Below, one piece after another: positions 1 through 8,747 of a DNA stretch of 44,834 bases. This DNA comes from a virus (Duplodnaviria > Caudoviricetes). The notes below the pieces were generated by a model. It had not been told where the DNA came from. It was given only the letters and a program-made list of their open reading frames with translations, and ran no database searches. The stretch lies in the IMG/VR virus record IMGVR_UViG_3300005077_001095, positions 1 through 44,834 of that record, one strand, 5' to 3'. Both the position numbers and the translations under genes were made by a program. Positions within the stretch are counted from its first letter, which is position 1. Every line of letters begins with the position of its first letter.

Positions 1-151
1 GAATAGGTGGATCCAATAAGCTTTGGCTGTCCTTGGGAAAGGCACCTGAGTGATCCGTACAAACCTGTCCACCTGGGAAGCGTACCCAAGAGAATCATCA
101 TGGACTCCCAACCGTGGTCTCGCCAAGTCATCAACTATGAGACTGGATCTT

Positions 152-236
152 GCTCCGGTGGCGGAATGGTATACGCACAGGCTTGAGGTGCCTGGCCCAT
201 TAACTTGGGCTGTGGGTTCGAGTCCCACCCGGAGTA
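152..236 (+). tRNA. tRNA-Leu(GAG)
   Basis: Cloverleaf: acceptor GCTCCGG/CCGGAGT, anticodon arm CAGGC-TTGAGGT-GCCTG, long variable arm, T arm GTGGG-TTCGAGT-CCCAC; no encoded CCA. Confidence 0.93.
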
Positions 237-257
237 TTCCTAAGAATTGGAGAAAGC

Positions 258-554
258 ATGAAGTCAGCAATGTTCCTCCTAATAGTATTACTATTAGGCT
301 GCGCACGAAATCCGGATTTTGAAGAAAGAGTTCAAGCGCAAAAGGAGGAAAAGGTCTTTTTGGAAGCCTATCCAAAGGGGTTTCTGGTGGTACACAAGCT
401 TACCGGAGATACTCTTATGATTACCGGCCGTTATGTAAGATCTGGATCACTTCGAGTTAAGGACAGGGATTTGGACCTTCTAGAAGTAGATACTTTTGAG
501 GTCTCACCTGCCTTCAAACGTGAACAAACCACCTATGAAGAGGAGCAGCCATGA
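258..554 (+). CDS. putative lipoprotein
   Basis: Signal peptide with lipobox LLLGC; GGAG RBS; paralogous to the next ORF (HKLTGDTL). Confidence 0.7.
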   Translation: MKSAMFLLIVLLLGCARNPDFEERVQAQKEEKVFLEAYPKGFLVVHKLTGDTLMITGRYVRSGSLRVKDRDLDLLEVDTFEVSPAFKREQTTYEEEQP

Positions 555-841
555 TTCGCATTCTTCTATTGGTCCTCACCGCCATCACCCTTTTGGGTTG
601 TGCCTGGGACGAAGATCAGCTCTACAAGATCAAGGCCCAGTACCCCGAGGGTAGCTGGATGGTCCACAAGATCACCGACGACACTCTGTTGGTAAACGGC
701 TATGATCCCTGTGAGGGGACACTTAAAACCCTGGACAACCGAATGCGTCCTGTAAACTATAAACCTTCCGAGTTGACCAAGCTGGAAGCTCCTCCCCAAG
801 ACGCTGATGACTACACGGAAGACACTCCTACGGAAGAGTAA
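551..841 (+). CDS. putative lipoprotein, paralog of 258-554
   Basis: Lipobox TLLGC; shared HKITDDTLLVNG motif; AGGAG RBS; ATGA overlap. Confidence 0.7.
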   Translation: MIRILLLVLTAITLLGCAWDEDQLYKIKAQYPEGSWMVHKITDDTLLVNGYDPCEGTLKTLDNRMRPVNYKPSELTKLEAPPQDADDYTEDTPTEE

Positions 842-905
842 ATAGGCCTTGGAATGCGGCATGAAAGCATTTCCCGTTGGGGGTGGACGTGCGACCCACC
901 CATTC

Positions 906-978
906 GGGCGATTAGCTCAGCGGTTAGAGCACCTGTTTTACACGCAGGGGGTCACTGGTTCAAATCCAGTATCGCCCA
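906..978 (+). tRNA. tRNA-Val(TAC)
   Basis: Acceptor GGGCGAT/ATCGCCC, anticodon arm CCTGT-TTTACAC-GCAGG, T loop TTCAAAT. Confidence 0.95.
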
Positions 979-1008
979 TCTACTTATCAACCAAAACAAG
1001 GGAATACC

Positions 1009-3264
1009 ATGCACTCGAAGTTATCACTTAATGCCAACAGAGCTTTTGGGTACGCTGCACGCTCAACTCCAGGTAAACTATTTGGAACAGAGCATTTGTT
1101 ATTGAGTATCCTACTTCTCAAGGATACTTGTACTGCAGTTAAGCTTTTAAAGCAGGTAGGCGCAGACCTAGACCTACTGACAAAACAGGCAGAACTTGCT
1201 GTTAAAGTATCGAATGCCGGGCAAAAAGAAGAGACTCCAAAGGCAATGAATGTGGAGTTGAAAAACCTCATTGCTTCGGTATACAATGAAGCCTCTGAAA
1301 TTCCAAGCCCTTTCAACTTAATTCAGGCAGGAACTGAACATTATCTTTTAGCCATGCTCAACAGCGAGGGAACAGAAGCACGAGCGATTCTTGACTTGGA
1401 TCCAAACGCTACCTACAAAAAAGTGAAAGCTGCCCTTTCTGACCTCGTGGAAAAGGAGGGAAAGGCCGGCAAGGCAACTAAGACCCCTTTTCTTGATACG
1501 TATAGCCGGGACTTAACACACCTGGCTAAGCTTGGGAAGCTTGATCCCGTCGTTGGAAGACATATGGAGATCGAGCGCGTGGCGCAGATCCTCTCCCGCC
1601 GCAAGAAGAACAACCCCGTGCTCATCGGCGACCCGGGTGTGGGCAAGACGGCCATCGCCGAAGGCCTGGCCCTGCGCATCGTGGAAAAAGCAGTATGCAA
1701 GAAGCTCACCAGAAAGCGGGTTATGGCCCTAGATATGGGTGCTCTTGTAGCTGGAACCAAGTATCGTGGTGAGTTTGAACAGCGACTCAAGAATATCATG
1801 GACGAACTCCGTGACAACAAGGACGTGATCCTCTTTCTAGATGAAATGCATACACTCATCGGAGCTGGATCGGCCTCTGGAAGCCTAGACGCGGCAAACA
1901 TGCTTAAGCCAGCTCTTGCTCGTGGAGAAATTCAGTGTGTCGGTGCAACCACGATGGATGAGTACCGCAAGCACATCGAGAAGGATGGCGCTCTGGAACG
2001 GCGTTTTCAAAAGATTCTGGTGGAACCCACCTCTCCAGAGGAAACAACACAAATTCTGCTCAACATTCGTGAGCAGTATCAGGATCATCACAATCTATTG
2101 TATACCGATGAAGCTATTGAGCAGATCGTTAAGCTGGCAGATCGGTATATTACTGAGCGTTTCCTGCCCGACAAGGCCATCGACGTGCTGGACGAGACGG
2201 GCAGCCGCATCCGTATGCAGGCAGGAAATAACGATGTAACAGAAACAGTAACGCCAGAACACGTAGCACACGTAGTCAGTCAAATGACGGGTATTCCCGT
2301 GGAAAGTGTAAGCACCGACGAACGTGGCAAGTTAATGGCTTTACCAGAACAACTAAGTAGTGGTGTTATTGGTCAGGATGAGGCCATCTCCAAACTTGTG
2401 AAGAAAATTCGTCGTAGCCGTGCGGGCCTAAAGAGCCCTAATCGGCCCATCGGTTCCTTCTTATTTCTGGGACCCACTGGTGTCGGCAAAACCGAATTGG
2501 CGAAGGTTCTAGCACGCACAATGTTTGGCGACGAAAACGCCCTCGTTCGTATTGACATGTCTGAGTACATGGAGAAGCACGCCGTAAGTCGACTAGTGGG
2601 TGCCCCTCCCGGATATGTAGGATATGAAGAGGGAGGCCAGCTGACCGAGAAAGTGCGCCGCCGGCCTTACTCGATCATCCTGCTCGACGAGATCGAAAAG
2701 GCCCACCCTGACACCTTTAACATTCTACTCCAAATCTTGGACGATGGCCGGCTGACGGATTCCACCGGCCGCAAGGTGGACTTCCGCAACACCATCATCA
2801 TCATGACCTCCAACATGGGCACACGTGACCTGGTGCAAAGTAGTACAATTGGCTTTGGAGAAAAGCAAGTTGGTATGCCAGTTCACGTAGGAATGGAAAC
2901 CGAGATTATGCGCGAAGTAAAGCGTAGTCTAAGACCGGAGTTTATCAACCGGATCGATGACATGATCGTCTTCCACTCCCTCAGCAAGGACAATGTAAGA
3001 CAAATTGCGCAGCTGTTGATGAAGGACGTCATTGGTCGGCTTGCCGAGCAAGATCTCTCCCTCACACTCAGCGAATCTGCTTTGGACTTACTGGTCGAAA
3101 AAGGCTGGTCCCCAGAGATGGGTGCTCGACCCCTGAGAAGGGTGATCGAAACTATGTTGGAGGATAACTTGGCTGAGTTTATCCTTACCGGAAGGACAAA
3201 GCCAGGTGACACCATTGGTGTGGACGTCAAGGACGGAATCTTCGAATTCCAAACCACAATCTGA
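1009..3264 (+). CDS. clpC: Clp protease ATP-binding subunit (ClpC/ClpA-like)
   Basis: Clp N-domain repeats (GTEHLLL, GTEHYLL), Walker A GDPGVGKT and GPTGVGKT, pore loops KYRG and GYVG, ClpP-docking IGF loop; no coiled-coil middle domain. Confidence 0.92.
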   Translation: MHSKLSLNANRAFGYAARSTPGKLFGTEHLLLSILLLKDTCTAVKLLKQVGADLDLLTKQAELAVKVSNAGQKEETPKAMNVELKNLIASVYNEASEIPSPFNLIQAGTEHYLLAMLNSEGTEARAILDLDPNATYKKVKAALSDLVEKEGKAGKATKTPFLDTYSRDLTHLAKLGKLDPVVGRHMEIERVAQILSRRKKNNPVLIGDPGVGKTAIAEGLALRIVEKAVCKKLTRKRVMALDMGALVAGTKYRGEFEQRLKNIMDELRDNKDVILFLDEMHTLIGAGSASGSLDAANMLKPALARGEIQCVGATTMDEYRKHIEKDGALERRFQKILVEPTSPEETTQILLNIREQYQDHHNLLYTDEAIEQIVKLADRYITERFLPDKAIDVLDETGSRIRMQAGNNDVTETVTPEHVAHVVSQMTGIPVESVSTDERGKLMALPEQLSSGVIGQDEAISKLVKKIRRSRAGLKSPNRPIGSFLFLGPTGVGKTELAKVLARTMFGDENALVRIDMSEYMEKHAVSRLVGAPPGYVGYEEGGQLTEKVRRRPYSIILLDEIEKAHPDTFNILLQILDDGRLTDSTGRKVDFRNTIIIMTSNMGTRDLVQSSTIGFGEKQVGMPVHVGMETEIMREVKRSLRPEFINRIDDMIVFHSLSKDNVRQIAQLLMKDVIGRLAEQDLSLTLSESALDLLVEKGWSPEMGARPLRRVIETMLEDNLAEFILTGRTKPGDTIGVDVKDGIFEFQTTI

Positions 3265-3275
3265 CGTAACACATC

Positions 3276-3347
3276 TTGCACGTAGCTCAGTGGTCAGAGC
3301 CTCTGATGGTATCAGAGAGGTCGTTGGTTCGAATCCAACCGTGCATC
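3276..3347 (+). tRNA. atypical tRNA-Thr(GGT)-like
   Basis: TGCACG/CGTGCA acceptor, D arm GCTC/GAGC, anticodon arm CTCTG-ATGGTAT-CAGAG, T arm GTTGG-TTCGAAT-CCAAC; 1:72 mismatch and position 26 apparently missing. Confidence 0.65.
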
Positions 3348-3439
3348 TTACCTTAGCTTAAAAAAGTCGGGAGCTAGGCCACCCGAAGAGAGCGACATCT
3401 AACGCAGGTGGAGGTATGGGTGAGAATCCCATAGGTAAT
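3348..3439 (+). ncRNA. degenerate tRNA-like element (Arg ACG-like) with D-loop insertion
   Basis: TTACCT/AGGTAA acceptor, GCTT/GAGC D stem enclosing an extra TCGGG/CCCGA hairpin, CATC-TAACGCA-GGTG arm, ATGGG-TGAGAAT-CCCAT T-like arm. Confidence 0.45.
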
Positions 3440-3443
3440 TTGT

Positions 3444-3517
3444 GGCCCAGTAGCTCAATTGGTTGGAGCGCCGCCCTGTCACGGCGGAGGTTGGGGGTTC
3501 GAGTCCCCTCTGGGCCG
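3444..3517 (+). tRNA. tRNA-Asp(GTC)
   Basis: Acceptor GGCCCAG/CTGGGCC, anticodon arm CCGCC-CTGTCAC-GGCGG, T loop TTCGAGT. Confidence 0.95.
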
Positions 3518-3611
3518 CTAGGAAAAAGGGTTAGTAGTACTTCCATCAAACCAGTAACCCCGAAAGACACAGGTACGTCAAAGGACGTATGCTTGCTGTT
3601 AGGATGGACTC

Positions 3612-3637
3612 GGGAGAAAACTTCGGTTTTCTCTTTT
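3612..3637 (+). terminator. intrinsic terminator
   Basis: GGGAGAAAAC-TTCG-GTTTTCTCTT hairpin plus T run. Confidence 0.7.
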
Positions 3638-3639
3638 AG

Positions 3640-3648
3640 GGTATAAGA
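3640..3648 (+). promoter_or_regulatory. GGTATAAGA putative phage promoter motif (copy 1)
   Basis: Exact 9-mer seen six times, always just upstream of + strand units. Confidence 0.65.
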
Positions 3649-3693
3649 GTTTAGTAAGAATCGCAAAGACCATTACTTTAGAAGGAGAGCATA

Positions 3694-3948
3694 GTGAGGT
3701 TTTTCAAACCAGAGAAGGAAGCCCCTTTGGAAAATCCCAAGGGAGAAGGAAAGAAAGGGCTTGGGCACGGCGAGCTTTTTGAGGGTACCCCCATAATGGA
3801 GTTAATTGCTTTTCCAGACCCCGATAAATATATTAGAATGATAAAAGAGATCTGTGACCGCGATGGCACAGATCATCGTGTTGGGCGCCCAAAATCTTTA
3901 GAAGAGTTGGGCAAGGGAATCAAACTCCAAATGAGGACAAAAGAATGA
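3694..3948 (+). CDS. hypothetical protein
   Basis: AAGGAG RBS, GTG start, ATGA overlap with next ORF. Confidence 0.6.
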   Translation: MRFFKPEKEAPLENPKGEGKKGLGHGELFEGTPIMELIAFPDPDKYIRMIKEICDRDGTDHRVGRPKSLEELGKGIKLQMRTKE

Positions 3949-4400
3949 GTGGGCAAACTCACATCGATGATTGGATTGACTTTCCCACACCCGAAACTGA
4001 AGAATCCAAGTATGCTGCTTGGTTCTTCATGTTGCATCGCTTACCAGCAATGCTTCAGGTGAATTTTGAGCCATGGATCAAAAAGTACAAACTATTTTGT
4101 ACTTACAATGGCAAGCGCTATAGAGTTACGGGAGCCTCTCGTCTTGGTGATATTTGGCTGACATCTAAGCAGCATCAAGATACTGGGTATGAGCACAGAG
4201 TTTCCGTTGACGAATGCTCTGAGTGGGGACCCGAATGGGCCCAAAAGGAAGTACCAAAAGACGAGTATGGCTATTGTCCAAAGTGTGGTGCTCCGGGTGT
4301 GTTACGTGAGCGCCGTCCTCATGGTGACGATATTTGTAGATTTAACCATAAGTATCCTTCCAAAGATGCGTTGGATACTCCTCCAAACAAAAAGGACTAA
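3945..4400 (+). CDS. hypothetical phage protein with C-terminal CxxC motif
   Basis: 151-aa ORF in a tightly packed operon; CPKCG motif. Confidence 0.65.
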   Translation: MSGQTHIDDWIDFPTPETEESKYAAWFFMLHRLPAMLQVNFEPWIKKYKLFCTYNGKRYRVTGASRLGDIWLTSKQHQDTGYEHRVSVDECSEWGPEWAQKEVPKDEYGYCPKCGAPGVLRERRPHGDDICRFNHKYPSKDALDTPPNKKD

Positions 4401-4402
4401 AA

Positions 4403-4846
4403 ATGATTTATATGGCCCATACCTATTCGGTAAATACCACTCCAGAAATGACTGAAGAGGAGCGCTGGGAAATCTATGACCGTGAATTCAAAGATGCAAA
4501 CCTGTGCGCGGGTTTTCTCATGCAACAAGGGTTTACGGTCTTTTCTCCCATCTCTATGAGCCATCCCATTGCGAAGACTTGCACACTTCCAAGAGATTGG
4601 GCTTTCTGGGAAAAAATCGATCGTGATTTTCTCTCTGTTAGTAAAGTACTGATTGTGTGTATTACGCCTGGCTGGGACCGTTCTACTGGTATCACAGCCG
4701 AAATCGAAATTGCAAAGGAGCTTAATCTTCAAATATTTTATATGACCCGTCAAGATACACACACCTTTCAACTTTTCTTTGATCCCGAATTAAGACTTTT
4801 AGCCCTGTCCCAGGAACTAATTAATTGGGTTAAGAGTGAACTATAA
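4403..4846 (+). CDS. DUF1937-like protein (nucleoside deoxyribosyltransferase-like fold)
   Basis: IYMAHTYS, VFSPISMSHP and PGWDRSTGITAEIEIA motifs recalled as typical of this family. Confidence 0.65.
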   Translation: MIYMAHTYSVNTTPEMTEEERWEIYDREFKDANLCAGFLMQQGFTVFSPISMSHPIAKTCTLPRDWAFWEKIDRDFLSVSKVLIVCITPGWDRSTGITAEIEIAKELNLQIFYMTRQDTHTFQLFFDPELRLLALSQELINWVKSEL

Positions 4847-5039
4847 ACCTACACTCTCGGATTATGGCCACATAACCGAGAACGAGGCCCTGTCGATCTT
4901 TGAAAAGCTTCCTGACGAAGCCTACCTTGATCGTGAAAATCATAAAATCCACCTAAAGGATCAGGGCACACTACCACGGCATGCTTACAATGCTCTTATG
5001 GCTTTGTATTACATGCATGACTGGTGTATTATTGACTGA
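4836..5039 (+). CDS. hypothetical protein
   Basis: Short ORF overlapping the upstream gene end. Confidence 0.5.
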   Translation: MNYKPTLSDYGHITENEALSIFEKLPDEAYLDRENHKIHLKDQGTLPRHAYNALMALYYMHDWCIID

Positions 5040-5098
5040 ATCGCACGGGGGGAAAGGCCATCAACCGAGTACCTCCACCATTTTATTAGAGGTAAATC

Positions 5099-5404
5099 AT
5101 GGGAAATGATGAATATATTGAGAACTTAATAAACGAAGTTGTAGAAAAAATGAAGGCAAACGAATATTATCTTCATAAAGATGAATATCGTTCAAAGTAC
5201 CATAAGGAGAATAAAGCAGAAGACCATCTAAAGGAAGAAGTTAGAAGGCTACGGTTTATGCTTGCCTTAACTTTAAATTTAGTGTTGTGTAATCCACAAG
5301 ATGATGCCCTTCTAGAGCATATCAGCTCAAATTACACAAAGTTAGTATCTCAGGAAGAAATAGTAAGAGCAGGAAATACCCTCCATGACATGCAGCAGGT
5401 GTAA
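5099..5404 (+). CDS. hypothetical protein
   Basis: GAGGT RBS, 101 aa. Confidence 0.6.
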   Translation: MGNDEYIENLINEVVEKMKANEYYLHKDEYRSKYHKENKAEDHLKEEVRRLRFMLALTLNLVLCNPQDDALLEHISSNYTKLVSQEEIVRAGNTLHDMQQV

Positions 5405-5738
5405 GGGAACTGGTAAGTATCTATATCCAAATACAGGTACTTATCACAATAATCACAATCAAGTAGTGGGGCAGGCTCTAACTCAGGGGCCTTGCAATAT
5501 TTGTTGGGGCTCAGGCGATGAGAAACACCCTTGGTTAAATCTGCTTCTTATAGACGAGCTTAGCGTAGCGCAAGAAGCGCTGACTCGAGCAGAGGTAGCA
5601 GCTCTCGACTGGGTGCATGAAAACATGCATACCCCTAAAGACGAAGACTTTTACCATAACTATAACTTGAAAGCAGAGGAGGTATTCTCTGCTGAGAGGG
5701 AAGTACTGGCTATTGTAACCAAGCTTACTGGGAGATAA
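5385..5738 (+). CDS. DnaJ-type zinc-finger protein
   Basis: Two CxxCxGxG motifs (CSRCKGTG, CNICWGSG). Confidence 0.65.
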   Translation: MTCSRCKGTGKYLYPNTGTYHNNHNQVVGQALTQGPCNICWGSGDEKHPWLNLLLIDELSVAQEALTRAEVAALDWVHENMHTPKDEDFYHNYNLKAEEVFSAEREVLAIVTKLTGR

Positions 5739-5740
5739 TC

Positions 5741-6019
5741 ATGTTTAGAAAATTGTTGGGACTAAAACCTAAGGTAGCCTCCCAAAAACCCGAAAAAAGA
5801 CAGCCAATAGTTATTCCTATTCCAAAAGAACATGTAGCAGAGGCCTACAGATTATTTGAGATTTTTCTGTCTGACCGTACCTTAGTAAATAAGCACAGAT
5901 TTTGGCAGTTTATTTCGGAAGTTGTTCCAGAGTGGAAAACTTTGGAACCTGGAAAGACTTTTAATTTTGATAGAAGTTCAATTTTGGCCCCAAAACTGGT
6001 GGAGGACATCAATGCTTGA
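5741..6019 (+). CDS. hypothetical protein
   Basis: GGAG RBS, operon packing. Confidence 0.6.
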   Translation: MFRKLLGLKPKVASQKPEKRQPIVIPIPKEHVAEAYRLFEIFLSDRTLVNKHRFWQFISEVVPEWKTLEPGKTFNFDRSSILAPKLVEDINA

Positions 6020-6401
6020 GGTTTATACGGACGGAGCTTGCTCTGGCAACCCCGGTCCCGGCGGTTGGGCCTATTTAGTTGTATCCGAATCTGGAACAGA
6101 AACCATGGCAAGGAGTGGTCCTATCGCTTTAACAACAAACAACAAAATGGAGCTTCAAGCTGCTATCGAAGCGCTTCATGACACTCCTAAGACTCTGCCC
6201 ATTAGGGTAATTTCGGATTCCCAGCTATTAGTTAAAACCATGCTTGGTGAATGGAAGAAACATACTAACTACAAGCAGTGGCTTGAGTTGGAAGCGCTAT
6301 GCAAAGATAGACAAGTAGAGTGGGAGTGGAGAAAAAGAAACTCCAATGAGTATATGGAAAAAGTAGATAAGGCGGCACATAGCCATGCAAAAGCTAAATG
6401 A
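6012..6401 (+). CDS. rnhA: ribonuclease HI
   Basis: VYTDGACSGNPGPGGW, TNNKMEL, SDS and VDKAA catalytic motifs; start moved to ATG 6012 after GGAGG. Confidence 0.9.
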   Translation: MLEVYTDGACSGNPGPGGWAYLVVSESGTETMARSGPIALTTNNKMELQAAIEALHDTPKTLPIRVISDSQLLVKTMLGEWKKHTNYKQWLELEALCKDRQVEWEWRKRNSNEYMEKVDKAAHSHAKAK

Positions 6402-6720
6402 ATTTGAGGAACTCCTGATAAAGTTGCTCAAGGAAGCCATCCCATACCTAAATGACCACATGGATGATCCTCATGTGATAGCTCTTCTGCATGTAATACA
6501 TGAAGCAGTTTATGTTGCTTTGCCCGAGGAAATTCCGGAGCCTGGACTCTGTAGCTGTAAAATAGAGTACAGTATAGAGCCACATGGCCCGGATGGTCAC
6601 TTTGTACTATATAAGGGGCGATGCATGCATAGACACGGCTTAAATCTATGTAGGCTATCGGAATTTGATTATAATGGAGAACTTACGCGGGCACAAATTG
6701 TAAGGGCTCTAAACCTGTAA
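6385..6720 (+). CDS. hypothetical protein
   Basis: 111-aa ORF overlapping the rnhA end. Confidence 0.55.
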   Translation: MQKLNEFEELLIKLLKEAIPYLNDHMDDPHVIALLHVIHEAVYVALPEEIPEPGLCSCKIEYSIEPHGPDGHFVLYKGRCMHRHGLNLCRLSEFDYNGELTRAQIVRALNL

Positions 6721-6723
6721 AGT

Positions 6724-6732
6724 GGTATAAGA
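6724..6732 (+). promoter_or_regulatory. GGTATAAGA motif (copy 2)
   Basis: Intergenic, upstream of the 6768 ORF. Confidence 0.65.
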
Positions 6733-6767
6733 AGTATGAGGATAATCTAAAAGAAAGGAGTTTCCTC

Positions 6768-7919
6768 ATGCTTTGGGCTTTGTTGACCTTCGTTCTTATC
6801 CTCTTCGGAGGGTACATTGGTCGATCCGTCGACCCGGGAAACATGTCCAGCATTTTGTTGGGCATGGTGTTCGGTTGCCTCACCGGACTGGCAATCCGAT
6901 CCAGAATCGACAAGATCCGGCAGAACAAAGTTGTTCCTCCAGTGGTTGCACTGGTGGCGTTTTTATTCATGTCATGTTCATCGCCTCCAACTGCTCCAAC
7001 TGAGAATCCTAGCACTGGGAGCATGTATTCTACCCCCTCCGAAGTCGAGCTTCCAAAGAAGATCAAGGATGCCACGGAAACACCTGTTGATCTTCGTTAC
7101 ACGGCGGCTTCCCGATACCTGCGTGGGCAGGATCTGAGCATCTACCTTCAGATGATGCATATCTGGGATGCACAAGGACGTGGTACGGTTGCCGCAGCCA
7201 ATGTTTCCAGGACGGGTGAATGGTCCGATGCCTGTGGGATCTTTGGTGGGGCCGGCAATACTCCGGAGGAAATCGCGAACTGTGAAATGTTCGTGGAAAA
7301 TCTTCGATTGAATGCACACTGGACCAGCCAGTACGTGTCGCAAGCCTGTGGGCAGGCACCATCACCATCCAACCAGTACTTTACCGAAGAGGTCATTACC
7401 GAGGTAAATGACCGTGTACAGCGTTGTGGTGATGACATGATGCGCGGTATGAACCCCGTAATAGCAGCACTCCGTACGGCTTCGGATTCCCATTCAGCCG
7501 ATCGAACAGTTCCGGGCTCTCGCGGAGTATGGGCTGCCCAAATGATCATTGTCCAAGACCTGCTGCCACTCCTCGACCACAATCATGGTGGTGGAAATTG
7601 TCCCGATGGTAACTGCACCGATCTTCAATCACCCGAGGATTGGTGGGCCATGGTTGGCGGCGGTCTGGGAGGTTCAACATTTGCCACGATGTACGGCACT
7701 GTCGGCCTAACTGCTGTAGAAATTGCGCTTGGCGCAACTGCAGCTACTGTGGGCGGTGCGGTCATCGCCTTAGCGGCGTACTCCATGTACTGCGCAGGAT
7801 GCGAGCCGCCAGAGGACACCGACTGGGCCCCCGGCTACTGTCCGTGGCTCCCTGAGGGACCAAACAACATCAGGGATCTTCCAGCCCAGGACGACGACGG
7901 GCTTTGGCTGTTTCCATGA
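6768..7919 (+). CDS. Cys-rich membrane/lipoprotein-like protein
   Basis: AAGGAG RBS; N-terminal hydrophobic segments, internal lipobox-like FMSC, Gly/Ala-rich hydrophobic C-terminal region. Confidence 0.7.
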   Translation: MLWALLTFVLILFGGYIGRSVDPGNMSSILLGMVFGCLTGLAIRSRIDKIRQNKVVPPVVALVAFLFMSCSSPPTAPTENPSTGSMYSTPSEVELPKKIKDATETPVDLRYTAASRYLRGQDLSIYLQMMHIWDAQGRGTVAAANVSRTGEWSDACGIFGGAGNTPEEIANCEMFVENLRLNAHWTSQYVSQACGQAPSPSNQYFTEEVITEVNDRVQRCGDDMMRGMNPVIAALRTASDSHSADRTVPGSRGVWAAQMIIVQDLLPLLDHNHGGGNCPDGNCTDLQSPEDWWAMVGGGLGGSTFATMYGTVGLTAVEIALGATAATVGGAVIALAAYSMYCAGCEPPEDTDWAPGYCPWLPEGPNNIRDLPAQDDDGLWLFP

Positions 7920-7924
7920 TAACA

Positions 7925-7946
7925 GGTGGGGGCTTCGGCCCCCACC
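7925..7946 (+). terminator. hairpin, possible terminator
   Basis: GGTGGGGGC-TTCG-GCCCCCACC just after the stop; weak U tract. Confidence 0.55.
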
Positions 7947-7970
7947 ATTACTAACTTAAGGAACAATTTT

Positions 7971-8267
7971 ATGTATACAAAATGCAAAAAGTGTGGTGGT
8001 ACATTAAAGCAATCAAAGGCATTAAAACAAACATACAAAATTAGTACTGACTTTATTGGTGATTGCCCTGGACAAGGTTGTACCGTCTCTTTTGGCGGGC
8101 CAGGAGAATTACAAGACTGCTTAAAATGTGAGGACTGTGGTTGGAGTATGACAATACCCACCATTACAAGGGAAGCTTTAATAAAAAAGCTGTGTGATTT
8201 AGTAGAGGAAGATCTAAAATCGGGAAATCTACCAAAGCAACTGAAAAGAAAAAAATGTCAAGACTAG
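7971..8267 (+). CDS. zinc-ribbon protein
   Basis: CKKC and CEDC motifs; AAGGA RBS before ATG 7971. Confidence 0.6.
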   Translation: MYTKCKKCGGTLKQSKALKQTYKISTDFIGDCPGQGCTVSFGGPGELQDCLKCEDCGWSMTIPTITREALIKKLCDLVEEDLKSGNLPKQLKRKKCQD

Positions 8268-8671
8268 TCGATGCAACTATTGAGCTTCAGCCAGATTGTT
8301 TTGTTATTTCTATTCCGAGAGAAGCGGCAGAAGACGACAAAGACATAGCAGAAGCTCTAGCCAAGAGTTCTCTTAGGGCGCTTATGGCAAGCAAAGAATA
8401 TGATATTTTCCTTTTGTTAGAAAAGCTTAGTGGCCTAAAGAGCAAAATGTTTTCCTCTGCATCCTTTTTATATGAGGTTAATATTATTATTGATGAGTTT
8501 GAGGCGTTAAAAAAATCCAACAGTGGGGACCTTTCTTTTCTTGCCGCAGTAGGATTAGCTTTAAACTTCAAGGCCCTGGAAGAGGATCCACAAAACGAGA
8601 CACTTACAAATTTACTTTATGAAACGGTTGATAAAATCATTGAATCGTTTGAGGGAGTGACTTATGAGTAA
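8255..8671 (+). CDS. hypothetical protein
   Basis: 138-aa ORF, operon packing. Confidence 0.6.
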   Translation: MSRLVDATIELQPDCFVISIPREAAEDDKDIAEALAKSSLRALMASKEYDIFLLLEKLSGLKSKMFSSASFLYEVNIIIDEFEALKKSNSGDLSFLAAVGLALNFKALEEDPQNETLTNLLYETVDKIIESFEGVTYE

Positions 8672-8678
8672 AAATTCC

Positions 8679-8687
8679 GGTATAAGA
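8679..8687 (+). promoter_or_regulatory. GGTATAAGA motif (copy 3)
   Basis: Intergenic, upstream of the 8748 ORF. Confidence 0.65.
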
Positions 8688-8747
8688 ATAATGTCCACTG
8701 CCATTTGGCAGTACAAGTAGTGTTAGTCCATTCTTTACGGAGGAAGC

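Noticed and set aside
50-322. ORFs over tRNAs (50-322, 849-1031, 3416-3646, 5' part of 11471-12160)
   Set aside because: They overlap well-formed tRNA genes and are probably spurious.
5041-5081. GGGGG...CCTCCACCA resembling a tRNA-Ala/tmRNA acceptor end
   Set aside because: Too short and lacks a T arm.
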